Assembly: GCA_049840735.1 (NCBI GenBank)
Contig: JASGJN010000022.1
Location: 768,001-832,000 of the forward strand
Direction: 5' to 3'
DNA: 64,000 nucleotides
Origin: Anaeromyxobacter sp.
GTDB taxonomy: Bacteria > Myxococcota > Myxococcia > Myxococcales > Anaeromyxobacteraceae
Shown here: piece after piece, positions 29,654-38,829 of the stretch
Position numbering within the stretch: position 1 is the first letter of the stretch
Layout of the letters: every line of letters starts with the position of its first letter
The notes under the pieces: generated by a model
Database searches by the model: none
What the model saw: only the letters and a program-made list of their open reading frames with translations
What the model was told of the DNA's origin: nothing
Position numbers and translations under genes: made by a program

Positions 29654-31207
29654 ATGACATGTGCACGTGGAAGGGCCGCCCTGGCGGCGCTCCTCCTGGT
29701 GTTGGGCGGGACGGCGCAGGCCGCCGATCCCATCGCGTTGAACATCGAACGCCTGCGGCTCGATCCCGGCGCGAGCGGGTCGCTGGTGGTGGGCAGCGGC
29801 GAGGTGGTCGGAAAGGCGCAGCTCCGGCTCAGCCTGGCGGGCCACTTCGAGTACAGGCCGCTCATCCTGGCCGACGACGGGGACCTCCGCGGCCGCGGCG
29901 TCGGGTACCAGCGCTCGCGCGCGGCCGACCTGGTCGAGAACCGCACCACCATCCACGCCGTGTTCGCAGCCGGCCTCACGGACAAGCTGGAGCTCGACTT
30001 CGAGCTGCCCATCGTCGCCTACCAGGGCGGCGGCAGCGACTCCCTGGGGATCGCCTCGCCGGACCAGGGCGGCATCGCGTCCCCGGCCATCGGACTCCGC
30101 TACGCGCTGATGACCGGTGGGCCGACCACCGCCGGCGTGGCCGTGGAGACGCGGCCGCAGTGGGCCAAGACCCTTCAGTACGGCGGCGAGGAGGGCTGGC
30201 TCATCGAGCCGCGCGTCGAGGGCGGACACCGCCTGGGCAGCTCGCTCTTGACCGCCAAGCTCGGCGGGCGCTTCCGGACCGAGAAGGCCGACCTCTCCAA
30301 CGGCGAGTCCCTCGGGCACGAGGTCCTGGCAGGCCTGGCCTGGAGCACGACCGGAAAGGGCGTGCGATTCGAGGCCTCCGCGCTGGGCGACTTCAACTTC
30401 GACGGGCTCTCGCAGCGCGCCGAGCTGCTGGGCGGCGTGCGGCTGCCGCTCGGGTCCGAAGGCGACCTGTTCCTGCTCGCGGGCCCGGGCTTCTTCGAGG
30501 CGCCTGGCACGCCCACCTTCCGTGCGCTGCTGGGCGTCTCGCTCGGCACGAAGAAGGCCGAGCCGCCGCCGCCGCCGCCTCCTCCTCCGCCGCCCCCTCC
30601 CCCGGATCCGTGCGCGGCCGGCCAGGCCCACACGCCGGAGCAGTGCCCGGCCCTCGACGATGACGCCGACGGCATCCAGAACGGCCAGGACCGCTGTCCG
30701 TTGGAGAAGGGCATCCCCGAGATGCAGGGCTGCCCGGCCCGGGACGGGGACGGCGATGGGGTGCCGGACCACCTCGACAAGTGCCCCGATCAGCCGGGCG
30801 TCCCGGAGGCGGAGGGGTGCCCGCCGGCGCGGGCGGAGATCAAGGCGGGCAAGATCTCCATCCAGGAGCGCGTCTACTTCGACACCGGCAAGGCCACCGT
30901 GCAGCCGCGCTCCTTCCCGGTGCTCGACGACGTGGCCGCACTCCTCCGCGCCAACCCCGGCGTCACCGGCGTGATCATCGAAGGTCACACCGACTCCCGC
31001 GGGTCCCCGACCCAGAACCGCAAGCTCTCGCAGGGGCGGGCGGAGGCCGTGCGTGACTACCTCGTCCAGAAGGGCGTGGACGCCGGCCGGCTGGAACCCC
31101 AGGGGCTCGGGCCGGATCGACCCGTGGCCGACAACGCCACCGCCGCCGGTCGCGAGGCCAACCGGCGTGTGGAGTTCGTGATCCGCGACGTGAAGCCGGC
31201 GCCGTGA
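29654..31207 (+). CDS. OmpA family protein: beta-barrel, poly-Pro linker, TSP3-type repeats, OmpA C-terminal domain (TraB-like)
   Basis: Signal peptide; D.D.DGI.N..D.CP repeats; IEGHTDSRG, NRKLSQGRA, NRRVEF. Confidence 0.92.
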   Translation: MTCARGRAALAALLLVLGGTAQAADPIALNIERLRLDPGASGSLVVGSGEVVGKAQLRLSLAGHFEYRPLILADDGDLRGRGVGYQRSRAADLVENRTTIHAVFAAGLTDKLELDFELPIVAYQGGGSDSLGIASPDQGGIASPAIGLRYALMTGGPTTAGVAVETRPQWAKTLQYGGEEGWLIEPRVEGGHRLGSSLLTAKLGGRFRTEKADLSNGESLGHEVLAGLAWSTTGKGVRFEASALGDFNFDGLSQRAELLGGVRLPLGSEGDLFLLAGPGFFEAPGTPTFRALLGVSLGTKKAEPPPPPPPPPPPPPPDPCAAGQAHTPEQCPALDDDADGIQNGQDRCPLEKGIPEMQGCPARDGDGDGVPDHLDKCPDQPGVPEAEGCPPARAEIKAGKISIQERVYFDTGKATVQPRSFPVLDDVAALLRANPGVTGVIIEGHTDSRGSPTQNRKLSQGRAEAVRDYLVQKGVDAGRLEPQGLGPDRPVADNATAAGREANRRVEFVIRDVKPAP

Positions 31208-31257
31208 TCAGTCCGCTCGCCCGCTCGTTCCGCTCCGCGGGACGGGCGGGCGGGCGC

Positions 31258-32043
31258 CTACGCCATCATCTCCCCGCCGTCCACGTGCAGCGCCTGGCCG
31301 GTCACGGCCGGGCTGCGGGCGAGGTAGACCGCGGCCTCGGCCACTTCCTCGGGCGTCGCGGGACGGCCGAGCGGGTTGCTCCTCAGCAGCACCTGCCGCG
31401 CCTCGGCCTGGGTGCGCCCGGTGGCCAGCGCGACCGCGTCCACGGCCTCGTCCATCATCCTCGTCTCGGTCCAGCTCGGGCATATGGCGTTGGCGGTCAC
31501 GCCCTTCTTCGCCCCCTCCAGCGCCACGCTCCGCGTCAGCCCGATGAGCCCGTGCTTGGCGGCGGCGTAGGCCGCCCCGTACTTGAGCCCCATCCGCCCC
31601 GCCACCGAGGCGACATTGATGATCCGGCCCCAGCCTCGGTCGTACATGGCCGGCAGGCAGGCCCGGGTGAGCAGGAAGGGTGCGGTCAGGTTCACCGCCA
31701 GGAGGGCGTCCCAGGTCACATCCTCCAGCGCGTGCGCCGGCGCGCTCTGGTGCAGGCCGGCGTTGTTCACCAGGATCTCCACCGGACCCAGCGCCTCGGC
31801 CACCGCTGCCGGCGCGCGCGCCAGCGTCTCCCGGTCCAGCACGTCGAGCGGCAGGAAGAGCGTGCGCCGCCCCAGCGCCGCCACCTCCGCAGCCACCGCC
31901 TCGATCTCCGGTACCGTGCGCGCCGCCACCGCCACGTCGGCGCCCGCCCGCGCCAGCGCCAGCGCGATGGACCGCCCGATGCCGCGGCCACCACCGGTCA
32001 CCAGCGCCACCCGCCCCTCCAGGCTGTTCTCCACCACAGGCAT
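31258..32043 (-). CDS. SDR family oxidoreductase
   Basis: TGGGRGIG, NNAG, YAAAK; GGAGG RBS. Confidence 0.93.
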   Translation of the reverse strand: MPVVENSLEGRVALVTGGGRGIGRSIALALARAGADVAVAARTVPEIEAVAAEVAALGRRTLFLPLDVLDRETLARAPAAVAEALGPVEILVNNAGLHQSAPAHALEDVTWDALLAVNLTAPFLLTRACLPAMYDRGWGRIINVASVAGRMGLKYGAAYAAAKHGLIGLTRSVALEGAKKGVTANAICPSWTETRMMDEAVDAVALATGRTQAEARQVLLRSNPLGRPATPEEVAEAAVYLARSPAVTGQALHVDGGEMMA

Positions 32044-32058
32044 GATGCCTCCTCCCAT

Positions 32059-32191
32059 CCCAGAGTACTTTTGACGATACCGCGGGGCGGCTACGGGGTG
32101 CCCGACCGGGGACCACCCCCTGCGGGACTGCGGCAGCAGCCGCCGGGTCCTGCGGACGTCCGGGCCGCTCCGCCGGCTTCCTGGGACAGCC
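32059..32191 (-). repeat. Possible non-autonomous copy: GGCTGTCCCAG...AAGTACTCTGGG
   Basis: Exact 12-mer at 32059-32070 (minus strand); partner motif at 32181-32191 (alternative GGACGTCC at 32154-32161). Confidence 0.45.
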
Positions 32192-32318
32192 CTGCTCCGG
32201 CAGGCCCGCCCCACACCCGCCCACCCGTTGCGAATCACGTCACCGCCGGCTGACCCAGGGGCCACCGATCGCGTACATTGGGGGGCGTGGCGGTCGCCCT
32301 CGCGGCCGGGAGGGTTGG

Positions 32319-33101
32319 ATGGACAGGGATCGCCGGCTTCACCCCAGATTCCCGCTCATCCTCGCGGTCCAGTACCTGGGGGCCGATCACGTCCTCGATT
32401 ACACCGAGAACCTCTCCGCCACCGGCCTCTTCATCTGCACCGAGCGCGAGTTCGCCGTCGGCGAGCGCGTGACGCTGGTGGTCTCCTTCCCGCAGCTGGT
32501 CGAGCCGGTCGAGCTGGAGGTCGAGATCGTCCGCACCCGCGGCGCGGCCGACGGCGTGGCCGCCGGCGTGGCGGTCCGGGTGCCGGAGGACCGGCCGCTC
32601 GACCGGGCGCGGCTGGAACAGGTTGCGGTGCAGGTCGGCGGCGGCCGGCTGCCCGAACCCACCCACCGGATCCTGCTGGTCGAGGACAACGCGCTGGTGG
32701 CCTCGATGTATGCCGCGGCGCTGCGCCGCCTCTCGGAGGAGGACCACCTGGCCGGCCTCTCCATCGAGGTCGCGAGCGACGGCTCGGCGGCGCTCCACCG
32801 GCTCACGCGCCCGCCGCGCATCGACGTGCTCGTCACCGACCTCTTCATGCCGGTGCTCTCGGGCATCACCCTGGTCGAGCGCCTGCGCGCCGACCCGGCG
32901 CTGACCGACACGCCGGTGGTGGTGATCACCTCCGGCGGCGAGCGCGAGCGGCAGCAGCTGGCCGAGCTGGGCGTCTCGCTCTTCCTGCGCAAGCCGGTGA
33001 GCTACCACGAGCTGGCCGGAGCCGTGCGCGGGCTGCTCGAGCGACGTCCCGCGGCCGCGGCGCGGTCGACCGGGGGCACCCGCCAGGAGGAGTTGCCTTA
33101 G
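32319..33101 (+). CDS. PilZ-type (myxococcal) domain fused to a response-regulator receiver
   Basis: RRLHPRFP and ENLSATGLFI; receiver ILLVEDN...TDLFMP...TS...KPV. Confidence 0.88.
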   Translation: MDRDRRLHPRFPLILAVQYLGADHVLDYTENLSATGLFICTEREFAVGERVTLVVSFPQLVEPVELEVEIVRTRGAADGVAAGVAVRVPEDRPLDRARLEQVAVQVGGGRLPEPTHRILLVEDNALVASMYAAALRRLSEEDHLAGLSIEVASDGSAALHRLTRPPRIDVLVTDLFMPVLSGITLVERLRADPALTDTPVVVITSGGERERQQLAELGVSLFLRKPVSYHELAGAVRGLLERRPAAAARSTGGTRQEELP

Positions 33102-33189
33102 GCGCCGGGAGGGCGCATAGAAAGAGCAGACGCGATACCGGCCTCCCGCCGGCAAACGGAGCAGCCACAGGACGCTCCGGTTCGCAAGC

Positions 33190-33217
33190 AAGGGCCCGCT
33201 CACGAGCGGGCCCTTTT
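33190..33217 (+). terminator. Intrinsic terminator
   Basis: AAGGGCCCGCT-CACG-AGCGGGCCCTT followed by TT. Confidence 0.8.
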
Positions 33218-33256
33218 CATTGGCGGGCGCCCTCTTCAACCGCTGCGAGTCCGCAC

Positions 33257-33721
33257 ATGAGCGAGCCCTGCCTCCAGGAGCGGTACGCCCCCCACAACGC
33301 CTGCTTCGGCTGCGGCCCCTCCAACCCGCGCGGCCTGCGGGTCCGCAGCTACAGGCGCGGCGCCGAGGTGGTGGCGGAGTGGCAGGCCGAGAAGCACCAC
33401 GAGGCCTTCGAGGGCATGCTCTCCGGCGGCGTCATCGGAACGCTGCTCGACTGCCACTCCAACTGGACGGCCGCGGCCCACCTGATGGACGCCGGCGGCC
33501 TGGCCACGCCGCCCTGCACCGTCACCGCGGAGTACGCCGTCAAGCTGCTCCGCCCCACGCCCACCTCCGGCCCGGTGCAGCTGGCCGCGCGGGTGGTGGA
33601 GTCGGCCGCCGATCGGGCCGTGGTGGAGGCCACGCTGACCGCCGGCGGGAAGGTCTGCGCCACCTGCCGAGGCACCTTCGTGGCCGTGCGCGAGGGCCAC
33701 CCGGCCTACCACCGCTGGTGA
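33257..33721 (+). CDS. PaaI/hotdog-fold thioesterase
   Basis: CFGCGPSNPRGL, GGVIGTLLDCH, LRPTP. Confidence 0.88.
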   Translation: MSEPCLQERYAPHNACFGCGPSNPRGLRVRSYRRGAEVVAEWQAEKHHEAFEGMLSGGVIGTLLDCHSNWTAAAHLMDAGGLATPPCTVTAEYAVKLLRPTPTSGPVQLAARVVESAADRAVVEATLTAGGKVCATCRGTFVAVREGHPAYHRW

Positions 33722-33820
33722 GGCCCCACCCGGCCCGCCCGGTGCATTGCGGCGCAGGGGGGCGCAGGCTAGCTTCGGGGACCCCGGTCCGGTGGACGGC
33801 CCGGCGGCGGAGGTTCACCC

Positions 33821-34033
33821 ATGGCCAACCTCGCGGCCCACATCACCGGCACCGTCGCCAAGATCGAGAAGAAGGCGGGCGACCGCGTCCAGCCCGGCGA
33901 GGTGGTGGTGATCCTCGAGTCGATGAAGATGGAGATGCCGGTGGAGGCGAGCTCCGCCGGCACGGTCCGCGAGATCCGCTGCCAGGAAGGTCAGTCGGTG
34001 GCGGAGGGGGACGTGCTCGCCGTCATCGGCTGA
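33821..34033 (+). CDS. Stand-alone biotin carboxyl carrier protein
   Basis: 70 aa, ESMKME biotinylation motif, GGAGG RBS. Confidence 0.93.
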   Translation: MANLAAHITGTVAKIEKKAGDRVQPGEVVVILESMKMEMPVEASSAGTVREIRCQEGQSVAEGDVLAVIG

Positions 34034-34703
34034 GCGCCACCACCGCATAGCCCACCAAGAGCCCGAGCAGCAGGCCGGCGGCGCCGGCCACGGCGATCCG
34101 CACCCAGACGCCGGCGGGCGCCGCAGGCTGCGGGGGCACGGCCGGGGCCGGGGCGGCCGCCGGCGTGGCGCCCGGAGCGGGCGAGGGCGCAGCCGACGGC
34201 GCCGGCGGGACCGCGGCCCGGGCGGGCGGCGGCGCGGGCTCGGGCGGCGCGGCCCGGGGCGCCGGAGGCGGCTCGATCCGCGGCGGCGGAGGAGGCGCAG
34301 GGGCAGGCGGGGGCGCCGGGCGGTCCACCCTCGGCGTGGGCGCGGTGACGCCCGCGGGGCGCGGCGGCGGCGTCGCGCCAGGCGGCAGCGGCGGCGGCGC
34401 GTCCGGCACCGCCGCGTCGGGCAGCACCGCCAGGTCATAGGCGCCGATCTCGACCAGGTCGCCCTCGCGCAGCTTGCGCCGCCCGGTGATCCGCTGGCCG
34501 TTGACGCGCGTGCCGGTGAGGCTGCCCAGGTCCTCGACGAACACCGCGCCGCTGGCGCGCAGGAAGCGCGCGTGCCGCCGCGACACGTCGCGGTCGTCCA
34601 GCCGCGCGGCGACGCCCTCGGCGGCGCGGCCGACCACGATCTCGTCCCCGGTGAAGGGCACGGTCGAGCGCGTCCCGGCGTCGTCCTCGATGACCAGCTT
34701 CAT
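34023..34703 (-). CDS. FHA domain protein with Pro-rich linker and C-terminal TM
   Basis: VGR...VSRRHA...DLGSLTGTRVNG. Confidence 0.9.
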   Translation of the reverse strand: MKLVIEDDAGTRSTVPFTGDEIVVGRAAEGVAARLDDRDVSRRHARFLRASGAVFVEDLGSLTGTRVNGQRITGRRKLREGDLVEIGAYDLAVLPDAAVPDAPPPLPPGATPPPRPAGVTAPTPRVDRPAPPPAPAPPPPPRIEPPPAPRAAPPEPAPPPARAAVPPAPSAAPSPAPGATPAAAPAPAVPPQPAAPAGVWVRIAVAGAAGLLLGLLVGYAVVALSR

Positions 34704-34713
34704 CGGCGGCGCC

Positions 34714-36471
34714 TCACGGGTCCGGCGGCGGGATCGGCCTCGGGGCGGCGCGCACCAGCGGCCGCTTGAACGAGGTCCCATCCTTCTCCGGCAGCACCAC
34801 GAACTGGTCGGTCTCGTGGCCGGCCAGCGACAGCTCGATGCGGTGGCGCTCGTCGAGGGCCACGCTCTCCAGCCGGGCCGGCGTGACGCCCATGAGCTTG
34901 CCGTCCAGCCGGACCTCCGCGCCGGGCGGGTCGCTCTCCACGCGGAGCGTGCCCAGCGTGCTCTCCAGCGTGGCGTGGACACGCCGCACCAGCTTGCCGA
35001 TGGTGGGGTCGATCACCAGCGCGGCCGTCTTGCGGCCGGGGCTGGAGATCTCCAGCGCGTGGCTGCGCGCCAGCAGGACGTCCTCCAGCACGATGGGCGT
35101 GGCCCCCACGGCCGCGTCGTCCAGCACCACCGCGGCGCCGGGCGGCTCGGAGGTGATGACCAGCACGCCGGGGCGGAGCCAGGTCTCGGCCAGGTGGAGG
35201 CCCGCCGCGCCCAGCACCGCCACCAGCAGCCCGAGGCCGACGGCCGTGGCCGGACGCAGCCCGGTGCGGACCACCGGCCGCGGCCTCGCCGGCGGCCGCG
35301 GCGCGTGGCGCACCGGCTCGGTGCTGGGCAGCTCGGAGGGCAGCCCGGCCACGTGCGACTCGAAGAGGCTGCCGGGCGGCTGCTCGGGCGCGGGGGCGCC
35401 GGAGGTGCTGGTCGAGGAGAGCCGCTCGTACTCGGCCTTGGCCTCCCGCTCGGCCGCGTTGGCCAGCACCTTCATGATGAGCGGGTCGTGCACGCGAGCG
35501 GCGCGCTGCCGGCCGATCTTCTCGTCGAAGACCGTCTTCATCTGCCTGCCCAGGAGGTCCTGGATCGAGCTGATGGAGGTAGGGAACAGCGCGTCCACCA
35601 GCGCGTCGGCGAAGGAGCGCGCGTCGGCGAAGCGCTTGTTGGGGTCGTAGGCCAGGGCCTGGGCCAGGATGTCGTCGAGGTCGCGCGGCAGCCGCGGGTC
35701 GATGGCGGTGGGCGGCACCACCCGCGCCTTGCGCGACTGGATCAGCGAGTCCACGTCGGTGGACTTGGGGAAGGGCTTCTGCTTGGTGAGCAGCTCGTAG
35801 AGGATGATGCCGGCCGCGAAGATGTCGACCCGGTGGTCCCAGCGGTGCTCGACGGAGGCCTGCTCGGGCGCGACGTACCCGAGCTTCCCCATCAGCATGC
35901 CCTCCTTGTAGTTGGAGAGGCCGGTGGCGGCGCGGGCGATGCCGAAGTCGAGCAGCTTGATCTCGCCCTCCCAGGAGACCAGGGCGTTGTCCGGCGACAC
36001 GTCGCAGTGGACGATCTGCAGCGGCTGCCCCTGGGAGTCGGTCTTCTTATGGGCGTAGTCGAGGCCGGTCAGCAGCTGCAGCACCATGAAGATGGCCTGC
36101 TCCGGCGAGAGCGGCTGCCCGGCCCGCGTGAACGCCGTCATCATCTCCTTCATGGAGACGCCGTTCACCAGCTCCATGGAGATGAAGTAGTTGCCGTTGA
36201 TCCGGCCGCACTCGTAGACCTGCGCGATGTTCGAGTGCGTCAGCTGGACCGTGAGCTTGGCCTCGTTGACGAGCATCTTGATGAAGCCCTCGTCCTGCGC
36301 GCGCGCAGGGAGGATGCGCTTCACCACCAGCTCCTTCTCGAAGCCGCCCGCCCCGGGGACCCGGGCGCGGAAGATCTCGGCCATGCCGCCGACCGCCAGC
36401 CGCTGCAGCAGGAAGAACTTGCCGAAGAGGTGGGGCTTGAACTCTGGAGAGAGGGCAGCGGCTTCGGCCAC
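34714..36471 (-). CDS. Ser/Thr protein kinase with TM and PEGA domains
   Basis: GGMAEIF, VVKR, HCDVSPDN, DFG, GYVAPE; two SEPPGA/SDPPGA PEGA units. Confidence 0.94.
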   Translation of the reverse strand: MAEAAALSPEFKPHLFGKFFLLQRLAVGGMAEIFRARVPGAGGFEKELVVKRILPARAQDEGFIKMLVNEAKLTVQLTHSNIAQVYECGRINGNYFISMELVNGVSMKEMMTAFTRAGQPLSPEQAIFMVLQLLTGLDYAHKKTDSQGQPLQIVHCDVSPDNALVSWEGEIKLLDFGIARAATGLSNYKEGMLMGKLGYVAPEQASVEHRWDHRVDIFAAGIILYELLTKQKPFPKSTDVDSLIQSRKARVVPPTAIDPRLPRDLDDILAQALAYDPNKRFADARSFADALVDALFPTSISSIQDLLGRQMKTVFDEKIGRQRAARVHDPLIMKVLANAAEREAKAEYERLSSTSTSGAPAPEQPPGSLFESHVAGLPSELPSTEPVRHAPRPPARPRPVVRTGLRPATAVGLGLLVAVLGAAGLHLAETWLRPGVLVITSEPPGAAVVLDDAAVGATPIVLEDVLLARSHALEISSPGRKTAALVIDPTIGKLVRRVHATLESTLGTLRVESDPPGAEVRLDGKLMGVTPARLESVALDERHRIELSLAGHETDQFVVLPEKDGTSFKRPLVRAAPRPIPPPDP

Positions 36472-36530
36472 GGGCGGATGTTAGCCCGGCCCCCTTGGAG
36501 GCCACAAGCCGACGACCGCGCGGCCGACCC

Positions 36531-37466
36531 CTACTTGTCGTTCTTCTTGGGCTTGTCCTTGCCGCGGCCGGGCGGCCCATCCGACAGGCCGGGCACGTCC
36601 CCGTGCCCCAGGGCCTTGCCGTTGTTGCCGGCCCCCAGGGCCTTGCCCTTGCCCGACCCCGGCCCGGTGGCGTCCTCGCCGCCGCTGGCCGCGGGCAGCC
36701 GGACCAGCCGGTCGGGGGTCTCGGCGAAGGGGTCCACCATGCCGTCGAGGGAGGCCCCGGCCTTGATCCGGCGCCGGGCCTCCTGCAGGAAGGCGCGCGG
36801 CTCGCGCCCCCCCTCGCTGCGCCAGGCGTCGTACAGGCCGACGATCTGCTCCGGGGTGCCCGGGCCGGCCCGCGCCGCCAGCGCCTCGGCCAGCGGCAGG
36901 GCCTCGCTCACCTCCACGCCGCGCCGGTGCAGGTCGGACAGGGTCCGGGCGCCGGCCACCACGCCCCCGGCGTCCGCCGCGCGGGCCTCCTGCGCGGCCT
37001 GGACCAGCGCCCGCAGTGCGCCCGGCGGCACGCCCTCCAGCAGCGCGCCGGAGAGGTCGGCCAGCACCACCGTCCGCTCCGCCTCGGGCACGCCCAGCCC
37101 GCTGCGCTCGGCCTGGACGAGGATGGCCTGCGAGGAGGCCAGCCGCTCCAGCAGGCCGCGCGAGACGGCGCCGATCCGGTCCGGAGGGGCGCCCTTGGCA
37201 AGCCCCTCCAGCACCTTCTCCGCCACCAGCCGCCCGGGGAGGCCCTGCCGCGCGGCCTCGTACGCGGGCGCCAGCAGCAGCGCCGGATCGATGCCGCGCT
37301 CGGTGGCGCGGGCGTTCACGTCCTGGACCAGCGCCTGCGGCAGCGCCGGCGCCGCGGTGGCGGGCGCAGGGGGCGGGGCGAGCAGGAGGCTCAGGGTGGC
37401 AGCGAGGGCGATCAACGGGATCCTCTGGGCCGGAGGGGCCCAGCCTTCATGAGAGGGGACGACCAT
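36531..37466 (-). CDS. Exported helical hypothetical protein with G/K-rich tail (last gene of ECF operon)
   Basis: Signal peptide; KVLEGLAKGAPPDRI; start uncertain. Confidence 0.7.
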   Translation of the reverse strand: MVVPSHEGWAPPAQRIPLIALAATLSLLLAPPPAPATAAPALPQALVQDVNARATERGIDPALLLAPAYEAARQGLPGRLVAEKVLEGLAKGAPPDRIGAVSRGLLERLASSQAILVQAERSGLGVPEAERTVVLADLSGALLEGVPPGALRALVQAAQEARAADAGGVVAGARTLSDLHRRGVEVSEALPLAEALAARAGPGTPEQIVGLYDAWRSEGGREPRAFLQEARRRIKAGASLDGMVDPFAETPDRLVRLPAASGGEDATGPGSGKGKALGAGNNGKALGHGDVPGLSDGPPGRGKDKPKKNDK

Positions 37467-37478
37467 CCCCCGTGTCGG

Positions 37479-37835
37479 TTACCGGACGCGCAGGACCGCA
37501 TTCTCGCCTCCGAACCCATCTTCAACCCGCTCGGCCTGGTCGGGGAACCACACCTCCACCGCGGTGCCGCGCCGCACCTCGAGCCGGTACTCGTAGCGGC
37601 CGGGGGCCAGCGGCAGGGCCAGCGTGAAGCCGGAGCCGTTCCGGTCCAGCGACACCGGACGCCACCCGGTCATGGTGCCACGGAGTGTCACGGTCTCCGC
37701 TGCCCCCTCGTAGCGGAACTCGGTCGGGCCGGAAGGTGACGATGTAGGCCTGATGTGGGCGGACGGCGCCCCGGCGCAGCCGGCCAGGGCCAAGGCCAGG
37801 GCCAGCCCCACCGCGCTGGCAGCGCGCCTCACCAT
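37479..37835 (-). CDS. Lipoprotein with CBM48/AMPK-type glycogen-binding domain
   Basis: Lipobox LAGC; GTMTGW, LAPGRYEY, DGFGGENAVL. Confidence 0.8.
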   Translation of the reverse strand: MVRRAASAVGLALALALAGCAGAPSAHIRPTSSPSGPTEFRYEGAAETVTLRGTMTGWRPVSLDRNGSGFTLALPLAPGRYEYRLEVRRGTAVEVWFPDQAERVEDGFGGENAVLRVR

Positions 37836-38827
37836 GACAGCACCTGCCTGCGCCCCCGGACGCCCAGGTACCACGCCTGCCGGCGCGAGACCGTGTCGGC
37901 CGAGCCGCCGCCGGCGGCTTCGCTGCGGGCTCCTCCCCAGGAGACGACCAGCTCGAGCGGGCCGACGGGCTGCGAGGCCTCCACCCCGGCGCGGACCAGC
38001 CACTCCTCACGGCCGGTGTCGAAGCGGGTGCCCTGGCCGGAGAGCTCCAGCGTCAGCTCCGGGCCGCGGGGGAAGGTGTCGGCCACCGCGGTGGCGGAGA
38101 GCGCGCCGGCGCTGTGGGCGAACTCGGGCGCGTCGCTCGCCACGCGCTCGCCGCTGAGCTGCCCGTCGAGCAGCAGCCAGCGCCGCACCACCGCGCCCAG
38201 GCCGGCCAGCGCCGAGAGGCCGCGCTCGTCCACGTGGGGGCCGTCGGTGCGCGAGCGGCGCAGCTCGCCGGTGGCCGCCAGCCGGCCGCTGAGCGACCCG
38301 CGCCGCAGCCGCAGCGCCGGCGAGAGCAGCACGGCCAGGGTGGCGTCGACGCCGGGCCCGGCCGCGCCCTCCAGCGGCGTCGGCGCGGAGTAGGAGGCGG
38401 CGTCCCCCGCCAGCGCCAGCGCCCCCTCGACCCCCGCGCCCACCCAGCGCAGCTCCCCGCCCGCCGTCGCGCCCAGGCTGCCGAAGTCGGCGGCCGGGAG
38501 CCGGCTCAGGTGGACCGCCGCGCCGGCGGCCCCCTTGAGCCCGGGGGTGAAGGAGACGTCCAGCCGCGCGGCCGGGGCCAGCTGCAGGAGCCCGCTCTGC
38601 CCCAGGTCGGCGCCCAGGTAGGCGTCGCTGGCCCAGCCGCCGCCGGCTTCGGCCGACAGCACCAGCCGGCCGTGGCGCCGGTAGGACGCGCCCGGCGCGG
38701 CGGGCTGCAAGTCCGCGCCGGACACAGCGGGGGCCGGCCCGGGCAGGGCCGGCGGGGAGGGCAGCGCGGCCGCCGGACCGTCCGGCGCGGTGGCCAGGGC
38801 CACCGCGAGCAGCAGGGCCGCCGCCAC
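37829..38827 (-). CDS. Putative outer-membrane beta-barrel protein
   Basis: Signal peptide, alternating amphipathic strands, C-terminal Trp. Confidence 0.65.
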   Translation of the reverse strand: MAAALLLAVALATAPDGPAAALPSPPALPGPAPAVSGADLQPAAPGASYRRHGRLVLSAEAGGGWASDAYLGADLGQSGLLQLAPAARLDVSFTPGLKGAAGAAVHLSRLPAADFGSLGATAGGELRWVGAGVEGALALAGDAASYSAPTPLEGAAGPGVDATLAVLLSPALRLRRGSLSGRLAATGELRRSRTDGPHVDERGLSALAGLGAVVRRWLLLDGQLSGERVASDAPEFAHSAGALSATAVADTFPRGPELTLELSGQGTRFDTGREEWLVRAGVEASQPVGPLELVVSWGGARSEAAGGGSADTVSRRQAWYLGVRGRRQVLSW

Positions 38828-38829
38828 GC

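Noticed and set aside
33151..33190. c-di-GMP-I riboswitch (GGCAAAC...CGCAA)
   Set aside because: Lacks the GNRA loop, the GACGCAAAG junction and the second conserved stem.
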